Assembly: GCA_012295275.1 (NCBI GenBank)
Contig: CM022670.1
Span: 37,200,001-37,264,000 of the forward strand
DNA from: Chrysomallon squamiferum
Lineage: Eukaryota; Animalia; Mollusca
DNA length: 64,000 bases
Direction: 5' to 3'
The translations under genes were made by a program, and so were the position numbers. Positions 55,702 to 64,000 of the stretch are shown here, piece after piece; the first letter of the stretch is position 1; each line of letters opens with the position of its first letter. The notes beneath the pieces are model-generated. The model searched no databases. It was not told where the DNA came from and saw only the letters and a list, made by a program, of their open reading frames with translations.

Positions 55702-57283
55702 CTCCATTTATCACCTGGACGTAAAATTGTTTCATAATTTACAGCAAAGTACAAGTAATGACTGATGTTGTTCATACAAAGATTATATAAGTAATTCTAC
55801 AGAGAGACAGACACAAACCAGATCGACAGTTACCAGTAATGAATCGGTTGTTTTTGTTGTTTTTTTTTTTTTTGTTATTGGATTTTTTTTCGGGGGAGGT
55901 TCTAGTGGTCTATTCTTTCTTTGTCAGCACTATTTTAATGATGTCTTATCATGTAATTTGTTAATTCTGTGTAATTATTTGAAGAAAGAAAAAAAAGAAG
56001 AAGAAAAGAGCGAGTTAATTATATTAATTGAAAACTTAAAATTATTAGTTTGTTATTCATTGACTGAAATTGGAATGAACACACAAACATACGACGCTGT
56101 ATTTAGTCTCTCTATTATTGTCAGTTATTATTATTGAAAATATGTGTGTAAATAATGCAGCAAACTAAATAATGCAGCAAACAAACAGACAGACAGACAA
56201 ATAAAATAATTAAATAAATAAATAAACAAACAAACAAACAAACAGACAGACAGACAAACAAACAACCCATCAAACAAATAAATAAATAAACAATTTTATT
56301 CCAACAAAATTACGAAAAATAACATAACCTAAAGCGAACCTTTCTAAGAATATAATCTGGATAATTTTTCATCCGTCGTATGGTGTTTCATAGTTAATAA
56401 TAATTCACGGCCTTTACAAACTCGCATACCACGAGGTATATTAATATCCATACAACAGACGTGTATTTACGTACCTCATCATAGCTTGCGAGTGAGCTAA
56501 CTTGGTCTTTTCCACCGAGAGACTGCATTCATCTGTTATACAAAACTCACAGTGTCACTGAGACTAATTAACTAAACTGATTTTCAGAGTCGGTGATTCC
56601 ATCGATTATTTCTATAACCGACAAAGTTTGCCCAGGGAATGTTTGCTATGTTTCAAGAATAATATAGTTAGTGATTTGCTGTCAGAAACAAAAGCATTTC
56701 TGTATAAAAATTCTGAGACGAGGAGGAGCCGGTTTATTACAATGACGACCTGGGTAGAAACAAGAATAGTTTTAAATGGTAAAAAGATATGACGTACAGA
56801 ACAGTCGTTACAGTTATCGTCATCATCATTATCATTACATTGTTCGTCATAATCATTATCGTCACTGTCATCATCAAAATTATCACCGTCCTTAGCTTTG
56901 CCTCTGTCGTCATCATTATCATAATCTGTCTATCATACACTGTTTTCATTAGCTTTGAAATCTGTAAAAATTTAATTTCTCAAACTTTCGTTTTAGTGAA
57001 ATCAATTTATTGTTAGCGTGTTGTGTGTAAGTGCGAGCGCATATTTGTTTGTTTTATGGGAAGACTGGGTATTAATACATTTTCAAGCAAGTAGATTTCA
57101 ATTTTAAATTAAGATTTTTCTGTTACAAAATGAATTACATTTTTCGTAATAGAAATACTAAGGTAACATCATGCAATACATGCTGTATTTTTGTCTTTAG
57201 GCACAAAACAATTCTAGTTACAATAAGCTAAAAACAAACCGCAATTAAATAAAATAAAACAAAATAAAATAAAATAAAATAAG

Positions 57284-57395
57284 ATAAATGAATGTAAAGA
57301 AAATTCTGTTGACAGTAAAATAACAAAATAATATAAAATAAAATAAAATAAATGAATGTAAAGAAAATTCTGTTGACAGTAAAATAACAAAATAA
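57284..57395. repeat. Short direct repeat (2 copies, about 50-bp core)
   Basis: aaatgaatgtaaagaaaattctgttgacagtaaaataacaaaataat occurs twice. Confidence 0.8.
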
Positions 57396-58033
57396 TGAAT
57401 GAATGGGACAGATAAATCAATAATAAATGAATATAATAAAATAAATTAAAATCACAGATCAAATCAAACAAACCAAACAGACAGATGCAACAGCTCTTCC
57501 CTTGGCAAATTAAAACTAGTCTATGATACAGTCTTATTAACAAATGACCGGTCTTGGCGATAAACCTGCGTTCACAGGTGCAGACCTTATTGATTCTCTT
57601 CCACTGTAATTGCGTAGGTGTATCCACCAACATCGCTGGCAAAACCGCTTTCTCAATGGCTTCGAATTATACGACCACAAACGCCAAATGAGAAATGAGA
57701 TAGCGCAAGTCATGAGTCAAAAAAAAAAAAAAAAAACGACAACTACTCACGCAAAAAAAAAAAGCAAAACACACACACACACACACAACAGATAAAACAT
57801 CACACACAAATAAAATGAAATAAAATAAATAAAATAAATAAAAATAAAAATAAAAAAAGCATTATTAGAAAATAAATAAATAAATAAATAAATAAGCATT
57901 AAAGAGCTCTCGAAGGGAATATTTATTTCGTTAAGTTGTAAATTCGCTGGGAAACAGTCCCTCAAAGCTAACATATGCGTCTTGTCACCCAAGCTGAAAC
58001 CTAAATCTAATTAAGAAAAAAAATATGTCTTAC

Positions 58034-58430
58034 CACGATTCGGTGACAGCGGTCTGTTTTTCTCAGTCCATCTTCCAACACGTTATATTCCAGTGGATAT
58101 GCGATACCCCAGCGAATGTTTTTTAAAAAAATAATAATAATAAAATAAATAACAATAATAAATAACTCACAAAAATAAAATTACAACTGGTTTGCCGAGT
58201 TGTAATGTTCACGAACATCCATTTAATTCCAACAATTCCTATTGATCATACACAGCCACGATTCCACAATAATAATGGTACCGAATCGATTTTCTTGAAG
58301 AAAAACACTTTACGCATGCGCACAAAGGACGCTCAGATATGACGCGGGAGTCGCGTGGCCATGTCACCAGCGACGATTACGCCGTACACCATGGCAATGC
58401 TAACGCTACAGAACCCCCGCATACTCTAGT
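58034..58430 (-). promoter_or_regulatory. Candidate neurensin 5' non-coding exon and promoter
   Basis: Strong donor G|GTAAGA at 58034/58033 on the minus strand. A CpG-rich patch at 58310-58420 contains an NRF1-like TGCGCATGCGTA (58322-58311). Confidence 0.4.
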
Positions 58431-58850
58431 CAGCTTTTATGTTCGTGTAAACAGAAATGTTTTTCTCGGACGAAACTGCAAATATTGTAGGCCACATAAA
58501 CACCGTAAATGCTAGACGCAGGCGAAACGACTGGGTTTTTTTTTTTTTTTTTTTTAAAGTTCATCTTAGTGAAAATTATAGAGTAAATATGTTTATTTTT
58601 ATTATTATTATTTTATTTTATTTGTTTGTTTTTTTATTATTATTATTATTATGTTGTTGTTGTGGGGGTTTTTTTGTTGTTTTTTTGGTCGTTTTTTTTT
58701 TTTTATTTTTTTTATTTTGTATGTTTATGCGGTTAGAAAATAATAAATAATGATTTCGTTATTTGTTGCTATTTGATTTTTTTTTTTTTTTTTTTTCTTT
58801 TGTTGTTGATTTTTTTATTATTATTATTTTATTTGTTACTATCATAATAT

Positions 58851-58881
<31 letters not shown>

Positions 58882-59630
58882 TTATATTTTTAATTTTTAA
58901 TTGTTTTTTTTTTTTTTTTTTTGGAAGGGTGATGGTGGTGACTTTTTATTGTCGGTGTTTTGTTAACATGGCCAACATGTTTCGGTTCCATGTTCATTTT
59001 TCTGATTACTCAGTAGGAGAAAAGAAACAAATTGCACGTACAGTTAGTTATAAGAGTTTATTAGAACAGATAGATTTATAATTTGTTTAAATAAAACCAT
59101 TTAAAAAGTTAAAGGGAAAAATAATGGGGCTCATATTAGATTATTTTCGGTGGGAACGTAATTAAGCAGTATTTTGAAACTAATATAAAAAAAAGTAACG
59201 AATTTAACACTTTATCTCAATTAATAATATTTATACGTTATAATTCTGTTTTCTTTTTCTTCGTTTATTTACTTATTTATTAGTAGTAGTAGTAGTAGTA
59301 GTAGTAGTTATGTTAACCCTCTGCAAAAGCAAAAAATAGGAAGGAAATTTGACGTAGTTTCCGGTTAGCTTGTGTCAAACATACGATTAAAGACTTCACA
59401 GATAACGAGAGAGAGGAAACTCGATACCGCCATTTCAGTAGTTACTCATTTCGTATTATACACATGGGGTTTTTCACATATATATATATGCACTATATCA
59501 CGGTCTTTTTTGCACTAAATGTAGAGCACTGGTTGTAACGAGAGTTATACTCGCTCCTCTAATAATGCAGCAGTGAATGTTTATATTTGTATATATTTTT
59601 GACCTGATGTCTGTTATTTTTATTTTTATT

Positions 59631-59670
<40 letters not shown>

Positions 59671-61596
59671 ATTTACGTCATGTCAATTTAATTTATATTG
59701 TATTGGTTTGATTGCTGGAGTGGCTTGCTGGGAATGTTTTTATTTGTTGTTGTTGTTGTTGTTTTTTGGATTTTTTTTACACATGTATTATCCAAAATAG
59801 CTCACCATCTCTGAAATTATTTACATCACTGATTCTGCCATTTTAGCAGATGCACGAAGTTTTAACGGTTCAATTCCCAGGACATTCTTTTATCCATGAA
59901 CATCATACAGACTGCAGCGTAATAAAATATGCTTCCATGCTAACCTGTGGTAATCTCACTGAGTGGTGACATCAGGTTTTTGTTTTTAAGATTCCATACC
60001 ACGCTTCAAAATAATCTATTTTAACACCTTGTGACCGAGGAATAGTATCAGTCAGATAATCTTCTATGTACTAAGAGACATCGAGTGAAAAGTGTGTTAT
60101 GAAATGAATTATTGAACAAACGCTCTTTTCTTGAATGTTTCCTTCCATCAGTCAGTTAGTGGTCGGAAATATGTTTACGTGCACCGAATGTAAGTTTATA
60201 GTTATTATATTATTTATTATTATTATTACTTTATATTTTATTAATTTAATGATGGTAATAATAATAAAGAAAAAGAAATATATGAATAATGAAAAAAAAA
60301 AATAATAATAATAAATATAATTTTCTTAAATTTCACGCTTTAGTGTCCATAAAATATAAACATTTCAGAACTTAAGAAAATTATACATGTATATAAAACA
60401 ACAGTTCAGTGAACCATCCATTTGAAATATGCATGGTTCAAAGTATATGTTAGGACACGATCAATGAGTGTAAGGTTATCAAATACTAAATGATGGCGTT
60501 AGTACGTTAGAAAATTAGGAATACGAGATTTTGTAAGTTAAATTTTTCCAGGAATTTAAAAATCCATTCGATCTGTCGGAACACGCTATGTGATCAGATC
60601 TTACGGGCTCATTGTCTCTCTAACTAATGCAACCGGTTTACCAAACACAGTGCTGAATGCTTTCCCAGCTATAAAAAGGTGCAGATAAAAAGAGGCCATT
60701 ATGGTAACTAAGAATAGCTCATGGCGGCTTTATCATTATACTCTGTCAACAGGGTTGATTTCAAGTAATTGTTAATATTAAAATGTGATGTGAGACGGTG
60801 GACTGTTTCAACAAATAATTAATTGTTTTATATTTATACGTTTCACATTATTTTATTTCACTGGTTCTTTATTCAAAATATACAGCAACGACTGCAATTA
60901 ACAGATGTACACAAAATCAGAATTTTGAGGTTATTAAATTCTGATAATTTCATTTTTATATCTTTCTTATCTCCCATTCATAATTATGTCTTTTCGACGA
61001 AGCTAAATTCTTTAACATTAAATATTTTCAACCTTTCTTAGCTGCGGTCCCCAATAAAAATTATTTCAGTCGAATGCCGTATCTCTCAGAACGGCCATTT
61101 GTATTAAAATTAGTTAATCTGAAACAGTTTCATATTTCTCAAAGCGGTCATCTTTATTTGATGGACAGTCTTGCCACACGGTGTAAGAAAAAGACTAGCT
61201 TGAATGTTTTCAATATCGATTTACTGAGATGGTGCGGTCTCTACTTTGTATTCGAACAATCCCCGCTCAAGGACACCGCAGTAAGCGTGAGGTGTGGTTT
61301 TTAGGTAGATTACGGTATCTTACTCGTCTGAAGGTATAAAAGAAAATTTAAATTAAAAGGTGGTGAAAATCAAGGAAAAAAAAACAACAACCAAAAAGCA
61401 CATAATTTACTAACAGATTCTAGAAAAAGTTAATTTATTCTATAATCATGCGGTGCGTTTTTTAAATAATTATTATTTTATAAATAACAATCGTTGTGTC
61501 ATTTGGGAACAACAGTTCAGTGTTTTCTTTTTCCATCTTTTCTATTTTTTATTTTTTTCGTTCAATATCTGTCTTACCCCATAAATTTAATAATTG

Positions 61597-61650
<54 letters not shown>

Positions 61651-62220
61651 TCTTTATTTATCTGTGTTTCGTTCCTGTTTTTATACCATGATTTTCAGGT
61701 ATTATAAAAAATGTACTAATTTTTTAACGTATGACATGACTTGAGATGTTAATGACATTGCCAACAACAAATAAAACGACAAGTAGAATATATTTATTTA
61801 ACATTCAGACTTTTGAAAATATATATTTGTAAAACAGTAACAGGATACAAATCACTCATACATTGCCAATAATTTGAGGAAAAAATAAAGACCCATGCTA
61901 AACATATGTGAAAAATCAAACAATTGAAAAGATACAAATTAATACAAAATATAAAAATAGCAGCTAAAGATCCTACATGATCAGATAGAGGCAATATAAC
62001 TACAATACATATTACAGCAGTACGTAAACACGTACTTATACCAATACTTCAATGCTGTAATATGCTTTAGATAATTTAAACACTTTTATTCAGGTCTAAG
62101 CTCTATTCGTGTTAAATAAAGTATTCCACGAGTAAAACTAAAACAAATATAAGTAATTTCTGTGCATTAGCCGATTTCCAACTGTATGAATTTCCAGTTC
62201 TATAAATTTATATTCAGAAC

Positions 62221-62264
<44 letters not shown>

Positions 62265-62834
62265 CATTTTTAAATTATGTTATTAAATATTTAGTTTATT
62301 ATTATTTTGTAAATTATACATTTTTCACTTACTGAATACATTTGTGTTTATATAAAAATCTTTGTGTGCTGCAGTGTTATTATACAATCAATTATTTTTT
62401 TTTTTAAATTATAAAACAAAACTACTTGTAAATAAATACTTTGATAAACAAGATAAACTACATTTACAACTTCCTATTTCAAAGTTTGTCAGGAAAGTAA
62501 AAAAAGAACTGGAACTGTTGTATTTGAATGTTAATTAATTACAAATACATGTATCAATTTTTATATTTTCCGAGAGAAATAACATATGTGATATTCTGAT
62601 TACCAAACATTTAAACTCGAGTACACAACTGATTTTCCAGAACCAATGGTTCCAAAGCCTTTCTGGGCTATCTCTTTATGGATTATGGAAGTCACATAAC
62701 AACAATAATTCAACAGAACAGCAAATATACATCTCCCATGTCACTAAGGCACTGTGCAAAACAAGAAATGTAAACACAATTTTATTTATTATTTATTTAT
62801 TGTTATTGTTGTTATTGTTATTATTTCATTATCA

Positions 62835-62899
<65 letters not shown>

Positions 62900-64000
62900 T
62901 GAATTTTAAATCATTATTATTTCATTAATAATTTTTGTTAATTATTGAATTTCAAAAGCCTCATCCTAGTTTTACTTGGTCTAAAAGATTCTGGATCTTC
63001 AGTGTCTGGAAAATCAGTTGTGTATCTCACTTATTAACTTAACTACTGTTTATAAGTGTTAGCCACTGAGTCAAGACTTTTAATTAATGTCTCATGGTTT
63101 AAAGCTCCACAGAATTATATTAATGATAGTACCGAAATATTCTGTATTATCTACCAAATACACTCATTAAGTAGTTCAATTATTAGTATAGATACCCATA
63201 CTGCTAAACATTCTAAGTAAGAAGTGAATTTCTTTTTGTAATGAACAGAAAGTCAAAATTCGGTGTTAAATGTTTGTTTGGTGGGTGGGATTCAGAAGTA
63301 ATATCTTAAAAATGTAAAAATGTACAAAACATGAAATGGAATTAGGAATTGTAACATTTTAATATGTGAAAAAATAGAATATTATTGAACATATATGTTG
63401 CGTAAATTATATATATATATATATATGAATGAGCAGTTGAATATGAATTGTCATGCATATCTGTTTTACAACTGTCTCATTTTTGTCAGATTCATAGTTT
63501 CATACAAATAAACCTGCACATCAGAATAATGAAGGAATATATAAATCATATACTTTTTAATTGTTTGACAAACATAATATTAAAACTGTAACAGTTTTCA
63601 AATTGTATTTAATCAAAGTAATTATGTAAGGGCACCTGTATTCAGTTAATTTTTTAAATATCGACTGCTGAAAAATAATCTCACTTTCCTAATTTCACTG
63701 AAAAGAAAAATTAACTTCAAGATTTATATTAAATAAACAATCAGAGACGCTGACATTTGCAAATAAGAATGAGCAAATTTGGAAAACATTCTGATATGAT
63801 CGATGCTGAATTGAACATTCAAAATGTAAAAACCAACATTAACGACTACAGTTGACATAAATTGCAACAAATGTAAACAAAAACAAAAACAAACTGTATT
63901 AAATTGTAGTCAAAAACCTGTAATGCTTTTTATACAGGTTCTTCTTTGAAACAATGCTGCTAATTTAATAAACATAATTAGCAGCTGAATATGTTAGTAA

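Noticed and set aside
59000-64000. Possible gene at the right end of the window
   Set aside because: No ORF or exon chain with recognisable protein similarity was seen.

Overview
This is AT-rich, microsatellite-dense, intron-containing animal genomic DNA (invertebrate-like, possibly molluscan; the taxon is an inference). Five spliced protein-coding genes can be reconstructed by hand. (1) OXCT1/SCOT (succinyl-CoA:3-ketoacid CoA transferase) is on the minus strand, with 11 exons from 6268 down to 292, running off the left edge, and has a probable U12-type intron. (2, 3) A head-to-head pair of diverged paralogues (minus 22086-12982, about 861 aa; plus 23261-30444, about 1003 aa if a 1-nt frameshift is repaired) each encodes three tandem AceTr (GPR1/FUN34/YaaH, SatP-like) membrane repeats fused to a C-terminal YrdC/Sua5 (TsaC-like) domain. 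(4) ACOD1/IRG1 (cis-aconitate decarboxylase, plus 45170-48846) has a TATA promoter rich in immune-type motifs. (5) A neurensin-family gene lies on the minus strand at 54786-54025. The most striking candidate system is the divergent 3xAceTr-YrdC pair. Together the two proteins have six channel repeats, matching the SatP hexamer. One YrdC domain keeps the catalytic motifs and the other has lost KxR. The pair sits between a CoA transferase and an itaconate synthase. All domain calls come from motif recognition by eye; no database search was run.
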